Source: Opitutales bacterium (GTDB lineage: Bacteria; Verrucomicrobiota; Verrucomicrobiia; Opitutales; Opitutaceae). From it: a DNA stretch of 31,343 nt. Below are positions 1 through 7,547 of this stretch, in pieces. A program made the translations under genes and the position numbers. The stretch's first letter is position 1; the number at the start of each line of letters is the position of its first letter. The notes under the pieces are model-generated. The model saw nothing but the letters and a program-made list of their open reading frames with translations, was not told the DNA's origin and ran no database searches. The stretch covers positions 1 through 31,343 of the forward strand of contig JBAIXJ010000103.1 in the NCBI GenBank assembly GCA_037916645.1. The letters are read 5' to 3'.

Positions 1-392
1 TCGGCAACGAGTTTCTTTTGATCGGCCTCGAGTTTGATTTGATCCGCTTCAATCTGGCGGCGCGCCTCGGCGATCTTCAACTGGTTGGCCTTCATTTTCA
101 ACTGCTCGGCGTTGAGCTTCGCCTGGATCGCCTCGAGCTTCTGCTGGTCGGTCGAAAGCTTGAGCTGGGCCGCCTGCACCCGCGCGATCTCCGCCTGGAG
201 AATCTTGCCCTGGTCGGCGGTGATCTTGTGCTGGTCGACCAGCAGCTTGATTTGCTCCGCCGAGAGGAGATGAACGGTTTCGGCCGCCTGGAGCAACGGG
301 CTCATGCTGACGCCCAGGGAGCAGCCGAGGGTGAGGAGCGCCGCGGTCAGCGGACCGGAGCGGAAGCCGGAGATTTTGGAGGAAGTCTGCAT
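1..392 (-). CDS. Secreted heptad-repeat coiled-coil protein (3' end runs off the window)
   Basis: Hand translation from ATG at 392, open to the window edge (not in ORF track): MQTSSKISGFRSGPLTAALLTLGCSLGVSMSPLLQAAETVHLLSAEQIKLLVDQHKITADQGKILQAEIARVQAAQLKLSTDQQKLEAIQAKLNAEQLKMKANQLKIAEARRQIEADQIKLEADQKKLVA. Signal-peptide-like N-terminus, then repeated [LIVM]-x-A-[DE]-Q-x-K heptads; GC-rich third positions; canonical promoter just upstream. Confidence 0.85.
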   Translation of the reverse strand, partial: MQTSSKISGFRSGPLTAALLTLGCSLGVSMSPLLQAAETVHLLSAEQIKLLVDQHKITADQGKILQAEIARVQAAQLKLSTDQQKLEAIQAKLNAEQLKMKANQLKIAEARRQIEADQIKLEADQKKLVA

Positions 393-415
393 CGGGGCAT
401 CTGGGTAGAGAATAA

Positions 416-444
416 AATCTATTCACCCAAGAACCGGCTGTCAA
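416..444 (-). promoter_or_regulatory. Sigma70-type promoter for the heptad-repeat gene
   Basis: Minus strand TTGACA (444-439), 17-nt spacer, TAGATT (421-416), ending 23 nt upstream of ATG 392. Confidence 0.7.
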
Positions 445-506
445 CGGGGCGGTCGGTTGCGCCGGCGCCTCGCCTGGCTTCTGAATCGGTGACCTGCCGC
501 CGTCGG

Positions 507-2900
507 TCAGCCAAGCGTGGCCACGATTTTCGCGCCGTCCTTGAGCTGATTCGCCGGGACGAAGCTGCCGGGCACCAGCCGGCCGTTGACGGTGAGGGAG
601 GCGATGCCGCGGTTCACGCCGTTCGGGTTTTTCACTTCGATGAGCACCGTCTTGCCGCGGAACCGCCGGCGCATGGTGAATCCCGACCAGCCTTTCGGGA
701 TGCAGGGATCGATCCGCAGGCCGTCGACCTCGGGCCGCACGCCGAGGATCCATTGCGTGGCGGTGTAGTGCGCCCAGGAGGCGGTGCCGGACAGCCACGG
801 CACGCGCGACCGGCCGAATTTCTTCGAGGTCGGGGCGTGGGTGCTTTGGCAGTGCACGTAGGGCTCAATCTCGCGGATCTCCGCCCGGTCGTTCTGCGCG
901 GCGGGCATGAACGCCCGGTAGTACGCGTACGCCTGGTCGCCGTTGCCGCGGGCGATCTCGGCCAGCACGACCCAGCTCTGGGTGTGACTGAAGATGCCGC
1001 CGTTCTCCTTGTTGCCCGGATTGAACAGCACCGCGCGCATCACCCGCACCGGCGTCTTCGCGAACGGCGGGTCGCACAGCGCGACGCCGAACTCGGAGGC
1101 GAGGTGCTGCTTCACCGCCACGAGCGCCTTCGCCGTCTGTTCGGGAGTGGCCGCGCCGGAGAGCACGGCCCAGCTTTGGGTGTTCACGTAGACGCGGCCC
1201 TCCCTGGACTTCCGGGAGCCGAACACCGTACCGTCCTCCGCAATCGCCCAGATGAACCAGCCGCCGTCCCAGCAGGTCCGGGCAATCGTCCCGTCGAGCT
1301 TGACGAGTTCGGCCCGCGCCCACTGCCGCTCCTTGGGGTGGCCGAGGCGGGCCGCGATGTCGGCGTAGGTCTGGAGCCCGAAACGAAGCTGAAACGCGAC
1401 GAACACGGACTCGCCGCGGTAACCGAGCCGCAGGCAGTCGTTCCAATCGGCGTGCAGGCCGCACGGCAGGCCGTGGCGGCCCGTCCGCGCGAGGTTGAAT
1501 TCCAGCGCGCGCCGCAGGTGGCCCAGGACGGTGGCCCGGCCCCGGTCCGCGTAGGGCACGACCTCCCGGTAGAAGGCGACGTCGCCCGTCTCGGCAACGT
1601 AGGCCGGGATGGTGTTGAAGAACCACAGGCAGTCGTCGCTGCGGTAGCGGTCCGGCGGCGTGGGCTTCATCCGGCCCGGGCGGTGCGACCACGGGCGGAT
1701 TTCGGGCTGGGCGCCGCCGGTCGCGTCCTGCCCGGAGAGCATCAGGATCAGGCGCGCGCGAACCTCGCGCGGGAGCATGCCGGCGACCCCGAGCATGTCC
1801 TGGACCGTGTCGCGGAAGCCGAAGCCATCGCGCTGGTCGCCAGTGTAGACAAGCGAACAGGAGCGCGACCACTCGAACGTCATGAGGGCGTTGTAGGCGC
1901 CCCAGACGTTCGTCATGTGGTCGAAGTCGGCGTCCGGCGTCTTCACCCGGAGCGTGTCGACCAGGCCGTGCCAGTGACGCTTGAGCCGGGCGAGTTCGCG
2001 CTCGCAGGCGGTGACCGTGCCGAACGCCGCCCGCGTCCGCCGTGCCACCGGGGCGCGGCCGATGCCGAGCAGCACGAGCACGTCGGCCGACGCGCCGGGC
2101 GCGAGCTCCAGGTCGCTCTGGATCGCCCCGCAGCCGTTGTCCGAAAAATGCCCGCTGTTGCCGCAGGCGCCGCGCTCCACCGCCTCCGGCCGGTCAAAGC
2201 TGCGGTAGGCGCCGAGGAACTTTTCGCGCTCGCAGTCGTAGCCGGCGATCGTGCCGCCAAGCTGCGTCATCCACCACCAGCGCGACTGGTCCCAATTGGC
2301 GAAGTTCGCCGGATCTTCGGGCAGCCGGCGGCAGGAGGACGCGAGGATGAAGCCGTCGCGCCAGACGGCGTCGGAGATGTACTGCGCGTACTGGAGGTTC
2401 AGCAGGTCCTGCTGGATGTTCCACTCGGTGGTGAACTCGCAGAACGAAAACACGCTCAGGCGCCGCGGCGCGGCGCCGGTGTTGGTGACCTTCAGGCGCC
2501 AGTATTCGAAGTCGCGGTCGAGCGGCACGAAGTACGTCGCTTCGCTCCGGATCCCGCGCCACTCGCTCGTGATGACGGCGTAGCCGAGGCCGAAGCGCGT
2601 CGTGGTCTGGAACTCCGGCAACGGTTTTCCCACCGGCTGCCAGGCGGCCGACCAGAAGTCGCCGCTGTCGCGGTCGCGCAGGTAGAACTGGCGGCCGGGC
2701 AGGTCCATCGGCACGGCGTTGTACCGGTGGCGAAGAAAACGGCCCGACGCCGGCGAGCGCGTGAAGCTGTAGCCGCCGGCGTGATGGGTGATGATCGCGC
2801 CGTAGCGGCGGGAGCCGAGGTAGTTCGACCACGCCCGGGGGGTGTCGGGGCGGGTGATGACGTATTCGCGGGCTGCGTCGTCGAAATGGCCGTAGTTCAT
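507..2900 (-). CDS. GH94 glycoside phosphorylase (cellobiose/cellodextrin/chitobiose phosphorylase family), 797 aa
   Basis: Start taken at MNYGHFDDAAREYVITRPDTPRAWSNYLG, a typical GH94 N-terminus; GFGFRDTVQD, catalytic GLHADWNDCL, NKENGGIFSH and C-terminal WLSGTASW motifs. The 45 extra N-terminal codons in the ORF track look non-coding. Confidence 0.93.
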   Translation of the reverse strand: MNYGHFDDAAREYVITRPDTPRAWSNYLGSRRYGAIITHHAGGYSFTRSPASGRFLRHRYNAVPMDLPGRQFYLRDRDSGDFWSAAWQPVGKPLPEFQTTTRFGLGYAVITSEWRGIRSEATYFVPLDRDFEYWRLKVTNTGAAPRRLSVFSFCEFTTEWNIQQDLLNLQYAQYISDAVWRDGFILASSCRRLPEDPANFANWDQSRWWWMTQLGGTIAGYDCEREKFLGAYRSFDRPEAVERGACGNSGHFSDNGCGAIQSDLELAPGASADVLVLLGIGRAPVARRTRAAFGTVTACERELARLKRHWHGLVDTLRVKTPDADFDHMTNVWGAYNALMTFEWSRSCSLVYTGDQRDGFGFRDTVQDMLGVAGMLPREVRARLILMLSGQDATGGAQPEIRPWSHRPGRMKPTPPDRYRSDDCLWFFNTIPAYVAETGDVAFYREVVPYADRGRATVLGHLRRALEFNLARTGRHGLPCGLHADWNDCLRLGYRGESVFVAFQLRFGLQTYADIAARLGHPKERQWARAELVKLDGTIARTCWDGGWFIWAIAEDGTVFGSRKSREGRVYVNTQSWAVLSGAATPEQTAKALVAVKQHLASEFGVALCDPPFAKTPVRVMRAVLFNPGNKENGGIFSHTQSWVVLAEIARGNGDQAYAYYRAFMPAAQNDRAEIREIEPYVHCQSTHAPTSKKFGRSRVPWLSGTASWAHYTATQWILGVRPEVDGLRIDPCIPKGWSGFTMRRRFRGKTVLIEVKNPNGVNRGIASLTVNGRLVPGSFVPANQLKDGAKIVATLG

Positions 2901-3029
2901 GCGACGGAGCGGAGTCGAACAGGCGCGCAGGGGAGGGCGCAACCGAAACGGCTTAAGCCCATTTGCGCAAGACGTGGCTTCGGCCCGCGGGAACGGGAGT
3001 TCGATCGTCGGGCGGCGCCGCCGGCAGCA

Positions 3030-3058
3030 TTGCATCTCCCGGCGCGCTCACCTAAGCC
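3030..3058 (+). promoter_or_regulatory. Possible promoter for hisC
   Basis: TTGCAT (3030-3035), 17-nt spacer, TAAGCC (3053-3058; imperfect -10), 19 nt before ATG 3078. Confidence 0.35.
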
Positions 3059-3077
3059 TCTGCCGCAAACACCCGCC

Positions 3078-4169
3078 ATGGACGCCGCACGCTTCGCCCA
3101 GCCGCAAATTCTGAATCAGCCGGTCTACCTGCCCGGACGGCCGATCGCCGATGTGGCCCGGGAATTCGGCCTCGACCCGGCGCAGATCGACAAACTGGCC
3201 TCGAACGAGAATCCGCTCGGCCCGTCGCCGAAGGCCGTCGCCGCGGCCGCCGCCGCGTTGCCCGCCCTGAACCTTTATCCCGACGGCGGCTGCTGGGAGC
3301 TCACCGCCAGGCTCGCCGCGCACCTCGGCGTCAACCGCGAACAGCTCGTGTTCGGGAACGGCTCCAACGAGGTGCTGGAGCTTGCGGCCCACGTCTTTCT
3401 GGGCCCGGGCACGGAGGCAGTCATGGGCGTGTACGGATTCGTGGTCTACAAGCTCGCCACCCTCCTCATGGGCGCCCGGGCCGTCGAAGTGCCGATGCCC
3501 GGCTTCCGGCACGACTTGGCGGCGATGCGCGCCGCCGTTACGCCGCGGACCCGGATCGTGTATCTGGCCTGCCCGAACAATCCCACCGGCACCGCCGACA
3601 CCGAGGCCGAGCTGATCGCCTTCGCCCGCAGCCTGCCGGAGGACGTCCTGTTCGTGCTCGACCAGGCTTACGCCGAATTCCAGGAGCGCGCGCCGGACCT
3701 GCGTCCGCTGATCTCCGAGGGCCGGCCGGTGCTGTGCGCGCGGACGTTTTCGAAGATCTACGGCCTGGCCGGCCTGCGGGTCGGGTACGGCTACACGCGG
3801 CCGGACATCGCCGCGCTGCTGCATCGGGCCCGGGCGCCGTTCAACATCAGCTCGGTGGCGCAGGTGGCGGCGGTGGCGGCGCTCGACGACACGGAATTTG
3901 TGCGCCGCAGCCGCGAGAACAATGCCGCCGGCCTGAAACAACTGGCCGCCGGCTTCCGCGCGCTTGGGCTCGAATTCGTGCCCTCTGAGGCCAACTTCAT
4001 CCTCGTGAAGGTGCCCGACGGCGGGGCGGTGTTCCAGTTTCTCCAGCGCCGGGGCACGATCGTCCGGCCGTTCGGCAATCTCCCTGAATACGTGCGCATC
4101 ACGGTCGGCACGCCCGGGCAGAACGAGCGCTGCCTGGCCGGGTTGCGCGCGTATCTCGCGTCCCGCTGA
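3078..4169 (+). CDS. hisC: Histidinol-phosphate aminotransferase, 363 aa
   Basis: C-terminal part of the 1383-aa track ORF, from MDAARFAQPQILNQPVYLPGRPI; KLASNENPLGPSP, YPD, GNGSNE, CPNNPTG, DQAYAEF, RTFSKIYGLAGLRVGY (PLP lysine), SEANF, RITVGTP motifs. Confidence 0.93.
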   Translation: MDAARFAQPQILNQPVYLPGRPIADVAREFGLDPAQIDKLASNENPLGPSPKAVAAAAAALPALNLYPDGGCWELTARLAAHLGVNREQLVFGNGSNEVLELAAHVFLGPGTEAVMGVYGFVVYKLATLLMGARAVEVPMPGFRHDLAAMRAAVTPRTRIVYLACPNNPTGTADTEAELIAFARSLPEDVLFVLDQAYAEFQERAPDLRPLISEGRPVLCARTFSKIYGLAGLRVGYGYTRPDIAALLHRARAPFNISSVAQVAAVAALDDTEFVRRSRENNAAGLKQLAAGFRALGLEFVPSEANFILVKVPDGGAVFQFLQRRGTIVRPFGNLPEYVRITVGTPGQNERCLAGLRAYLASR

Positions 4170-4232
4170 ACCGGCCGGGAGTCGGAGTGCGACTTCTCGC
4201 GCTTCGCACGGTCCGGCGCGGGGACCGTTGCC

Positions 4233-4799
4233 TCACCCGGCGGCGAACCACGCGCACGCGACGCCGGCGAGGAGGCCGAAGAGGTGCCCCTCCCACGAGG
4301 TGCCATCGCGCGCCGGCTTCAGGCCGGCGAGCATGCCGCCGTAGAAGAGGAGCACGCCGCCGGCGACAAGCAGGTCGGGCGGCGTCCGCGTGAACCAGGC
4401 GGTGGCAAGGAGGAAGCCAAAAAACCCGAAGATCACCCCGCTCATGCCGACGTGGGCCGCGTTGCGCCCGAAAAGCCAAAGCAACGCGCCCTGCGCCAAG
4501 GCAATCGCCACGGCGATCTCGATGAACTGAATCCCATGGCGCCGCAGCACGAGGGTGCCGAGGGCGATGAAGGGAGGCAGGTTCGCCGCGAGGTGCGCCG
4601 CGTTGAGGTGGATGAACGGCGAGGTGACGATTCCCACCAGACCCGCCGCATGACGCGGCACCACCGCCAGGCACGCCGCCGATTTGCCCAGGACCAGCGC
4701 GAGGATTGTCCCCGCGACCATCGCCGCCGCCGGCCACGCCAGGTAGCACTCGGGGGGCTCGAAATAGAGCCGATGCAGGAACTCGAACGCGCGGTCCAT
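4233..4799 (-). CDS. Rhomboid-family intramembrane serine protease, 188 aa
   Basis: Multiple TM segments; FIHLNAAHLAAN, catalytic GMSG (HVGMSGVIFG) and catalytic His in SWEGHLFG. Confidence 0.88.
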   Translation of the reverse strand: MDRAFEFLHRLYFEPPECYLAWPAAAMVAGTILALVLGKSAACLAVVPRHAAGLVGIVTSPFIHLNAAHLAANLPPFIALGTLVLRRHGIQFIEIAVAIALAQGALLWLFGRNAAHVGMSGVIFGFFGFLLATAWFTRTPPDLLVAGGVLLFYGGMLAGLKPARDGTSWEGHLFGLLAGVACAWFAAG

Positions 4800-4804
4800 G
4801 TGAC

Positions 4805-4846
4805 CAGAGGACAGAGGTCAGCAGTCGGAAGTCGGCACACAGAGGA
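4805..4846. repeat. Degenerate 7-bp tandem repeat, 6 in-phase units
   Basis: CAGAGGA CAGAGGT CAGCAGT CGGAAGT CGGCACA CAGAGGA in exact 7-nt phase, filling most of the gap between two genes. Confidence 0.6.
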
Positions 4847-4865
4847 CGCCGGACATTTTCGGGAG

Positions 4866-5951
4866 TCAGGGCGCCGCGACGAATGGCTCGATCGGACGGA
4901 ACCCCGGCCGCCCGCAGGCAGCGTCGCGGGCCGGAACCCCGGAGAACAGATACACCGCATAGCCGCCGAAGCCGCCACCGCAGTATTTGCAGGCGCGCAT
5001 GCCGGCGATGTCAGCCGGGAGCGGCGCCATGCCCTCCGCGGTTTGCGCCGCGTAGGACTGCCGCACCGCATCCGCGAGCAGTTCGACCTCCTGCCGCCAG
5101 ACGGCATCGCGGGCGGTCTGGCCGGCGCGGGCGATGGCGGCATAATCGCGTGGCCGCTCGGCGAGGTCCGGCGTGGAATGCGACCGGCCGGTCCAGAGCA
5201 GCGCCAGGCGGCCGCGCAGCATGGCGCCGTCGCTCTTCACTTCGAGCTCGGGCCGGGAGCCGCTGCGCCAGACGCAAAGGCCGGTTTCGCCGATCACCGC
5301 CGGATCCTGCCAGCCGACGCCGAGGTTGAGCTCGGAGGCGACGCTGTCGCGTCCGTTGAGCAGGGCCCAGGCGCCGCTCCCGCCGAGGCCGGCATTGCGC
5401 TCATAGGGCCAGGTGCGCAGCGAGACCGTGGGGGAGATCGCGCAATTGACGATGTAGCCGCCCGGTTTCGCAAAACGGGGCACGTCGAGCCAGCCGCCGG
5501 CGAAGTCCACCCGCAGCGGCGCCTCCTGCGGCGCCCGGATCCAGCGGACGATCTCGGAGGTCGAGAGGGGCGGGAACTGGGGCGCCGTCTTGGGCAGGAC
5601 GACGTAGCGGGCGCCGATGCGCGAGCACAGGGCCTGCTTCTGGGGCCCGTACCGGTCGTCCTCGGTCACGGCCAGGATGTCGGGCCGCAGCCGGAGGAAC
5701 TCGTCCTGGAAATCGAGCCCCTCCTCCAGGCCGGTGCCGATGACCACCTCGTCGACGGCGGCGAGCGACGCCAGCAGGGCGCGCTTGTGTTCATCGGGCA
5801 GCGAGCTCCGCCGCTGCCGGTAGCGCCACAGCACCTCGGCCGAGGCAAACGACACGGTGAGGTGGTCGCCCAGGGCCCGCGCCTCGCGGAAAAACTGCAC
5901 GTGGCCGGCGTGCAGGAGGTCGTAGAAGCCGGAGACAAAGACCTTGATCAT
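4866..5951 (-). CDS. Fusion of a HIGH-type cytidylyl/adenylyltransferase domain and a compact GHMP-kinase domain, 361 aa
   Basis: N-terminal VFVSGFYDLLHAGHVQF (HxGH), RPDILAVTED and STSEI resemble RfaE-II/TagD-like nucleotidyltransferases; C-terminal PLRVDFAGGWLD..GGYIVNCAIS, AGLGGSGA, GVGWQDP and KYCGGGFGGY resemble HddA/fucokinase-type GHMP motifs. Confidence 0.8.
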   Translation of the reverse strand: MIKVFVSGFYDLLHAGHVQFFREARALGDHLTVSFASAEVLWRYRQRRSSLPDEHKRALLASLAAVDEVVIGTGLEEGLDFQDEFLRLRPDILAVTEDDRYGPQKQALCSRIGARYVVLPKTAPQFPPLSTSEIVRWIRAPQEAPLRVDFAGGWLDVPRFAKPGGYIVNCAISPTVSLRTWPYERNAGLGGSGAWALLNGRDSVASELNLGVGWQDPAVIGETGLCVWRSGSRPELEVKSDGAMLRGRLALLWTGRSHSTPDLAERPRDYAAIARAGQTARDAVWRQEVELLADAVRQSYAAQTAEGMAPLPADIAGMRACKYCGGGFGGYAVYLFSGVPARDAACGRPGFRPIEPFVAAP

Positions 5952-6055
5952 GGCTGGGGATGAGCACGGCGCACCGCCGCCGCGCCGTCAACACGATGCG
6001 GCCGGCCGCCCAGTACGCCTTTGCCAAAGCGGCGGAATTCTGGTCCGTTAGCCGC

Positions 6056-6493
6056 ATGCGCATCGCGGTACTGGCCGACACGCACGATCGCTACCCCCCC
6101 GGACTGCCGCAACGCCTGCAGGACGCCGACGAAATCTGGCACCTCGGCGACGTCTGCGATCCCGCCGTGCTGCGCGAGTTTGAACAACTGGGGCCCCCGG
6201 TGCGGGTGGTGCTCGGCAATTGCGACTGGCATGCCGGCTGGCCGCACGAGCTGCGGTTCGACCTCGCCGGCCGGCAATTCCTGCTGACGCACGTGCCGCC
6301 CGCGAAACTCCCCGCGCAGACCGGGGTCGTGCTCCACGGCCACACCCATGTGCCACGCGACGAGACGGACCGCCGCGGCGTGCGCTGGCTCAACCCGGGC
6401 TGCATCTCCCGGCCCAACCGCGGCGCCCCGCCGAGCTTTGCCTGGCTGACCGTCACGGGGGACCGGCTCGAGTGGCGGCTCATGCCCGTGTGA
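6056..6493 (+). CDS. YfcE/MJ0936-type metallophosphoesterase, 145 aa
   Basis: MRIAVLADTH, HLGD, VLGNCD, LTH, HGHTH and NPG calcineurin-like metal-binding motifs. Confidence 0.9.
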   Translation: MRIAVLADTHDRYPPGLPQRLQDADEIWHLGDVCDPAVLREFEQLGPPVRVVLGNCDWHAGWPHELRFDLAGRQFLLTHVPPAKLPAQTGVVLHGHTHVPRDETDRRGVRWLNPGCISRPNRGAPPSFAWLTVTGDRLEWRLMPV

Positions 6494-6501
6494 TCTTCCT
6501 G

Positions 6502-7092
6502 ATGAAGGCGCTCCCCAATCTGCTCAGCGCGCTGCGGCTCCTTCTCGCCCCCACGATGGTCGGAGCGGCCGCGGCCACCGGATCGCGACGGTGGTTCCTG
6601 ATCCTGTTCGGCCTGTCCCTGTTGACGGACGCGCTCGACGGGTTCCTCGCCCGGCGTCTGCACGCGGAATCGGACCTGGGGCGGCGGCTGGACAGCTGGG
6701 CCGACTACGTGATGACCGCGGCGGCGGTGGCGGCGATCTGGCTGCTCTGGCCCGAGGTCGTGCGGCGGGAATGGCCGTGGTTTCTGACGACGGTGGTCGG
6801 GTGCTTTGCGATCGTCGTGTACGGGCTGATCCGCTGGCGGCGGGTGCTGGGCTATCACACCTGGCTGGCCAAAGGGATGGCGGTCGTGCTGCCGATCGGG
6901 GTCGTCGTACTGCTGGCCGGATGGACTCCGCTGGCCTTCCACATTGCCGTGGTGCTGCAGGTCTTGTGCGGCATCGAGGAGATGATGATCGCCTTCCTGC
7001 TGCCCGGCTTTTCGGGGCCTGTGCCCAGCGTCTGGCATGCGGCCCGGTTGCGGCGACCGAAGACGCCGCCCCCAATGTCGACCGGTTGTTAG
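6502..7092 (+). CDS. CDP-alcohol phosphatidyltransferase family protein, 196 aa (alternative GTG start at 6490 overlapping the upstream stop)
   Basis: LPNLLSALR N-terminus and the signature DALDGFLARRLHAESDLGRRLDSWAD; hydrophobic TM segments. Confidence 0.88.
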   Translation: MKALPNLLSALRLLLAPTMVGAAAATGSRRWFLILFGLSLLTDALDGFLARRLHAESDLGRRLDSWADYVMTAAAVAAIWLLWPEVVRREWPWFLTTVVGCFAIVVYGLIRWRRVLGYHTWLAKGMAVVLPIGVVVLLAGWTPLAFHIAVVLQVLCGIEEMMIAFLLPGFSGPVPSVWHAARLRRPKTPPPMSTGC

Positions 7093-7433
7093 GACGATCG
7101 GCTGAACCCGTAGGCGCGTTCGACGCGGGCCACGCGGACCTCGTAGGCCTCGTACCAGGTCTCGCGGCCCCCACGCTGCGCCACCCGGTGCTCGGCGTCG
7201 CGTTTCCAGGCGTGAATCGCCGCCTCGTCCCGCCAGTAGCTGACGGTGATCCCGACGCCCTCGGCATTGCGGGCGCTCTCCAGTCCGAGAAAACCGTCGC
7301 AGGCGGAGCCCAGCTCCTCCATGCGTTGGGCCATCGAGGCGTAGCCGTGGTCGCCCGCCGTCCGGCGGGACGTGAAGATCACGGCGTAGTACGGGGGTTC
7401 GGGCGTGCGGGCGAGTCCTTTCGGGTTGCTCAT
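7089..7433 (-). CDS. Antibiotic biosynthesis monooxygenase (ABM) family protein, 114 aa
   Basis: PYYAVIFTS, GFLGLESAR, GITVSYW, AWKRDAEHRVAQ, WYEAYEVRVARVER pattern; promoter placement supports ATG 7433. Confidence 0.85.
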   Translation of the reverse strand: MSNPKGLARTPEPPYYAVIFTSRRTAGDHGYASMAQRMEELGSACDGFLGLESARNAEGVGITVSYWRDEAAIHAWKRDAEHRVAQRGGRETWYEAYEVRVARVERAYGFSRSS

Positions 7434-7440
7434 GTCCGGC

Positions 7441-7468
7441 ACGCTACGAGGCGCCGGCGGCGAGGCAA
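7441..7468 (-). promoter_or_regulatory. Promoter for the ABM gene, leaderless geometry
   Basis: TTGCCT (7468-7463), N16, TAGCGT (7446-7441), N7, ATG (7433). Confidence 0.6.
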
Positions 7469-7547
7469 ATGGACCGCGCTGTCGCGACGGGGGCAAATGG
7501 CGGCTCGTGTCCCCGCCGGGAATCGCTTTAGTGCGCCGGCAACAATC

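Noticed and set aside
18-4169. 1383-aa plus-strand ORF suggesting a giant HisC fusion
   Set aside because: The first ~1020 codons are the antisense shadow of the GH94 and heptad-repeat genes (stop-poor because of GC3 bias); only 3078-4169 has real motifs.
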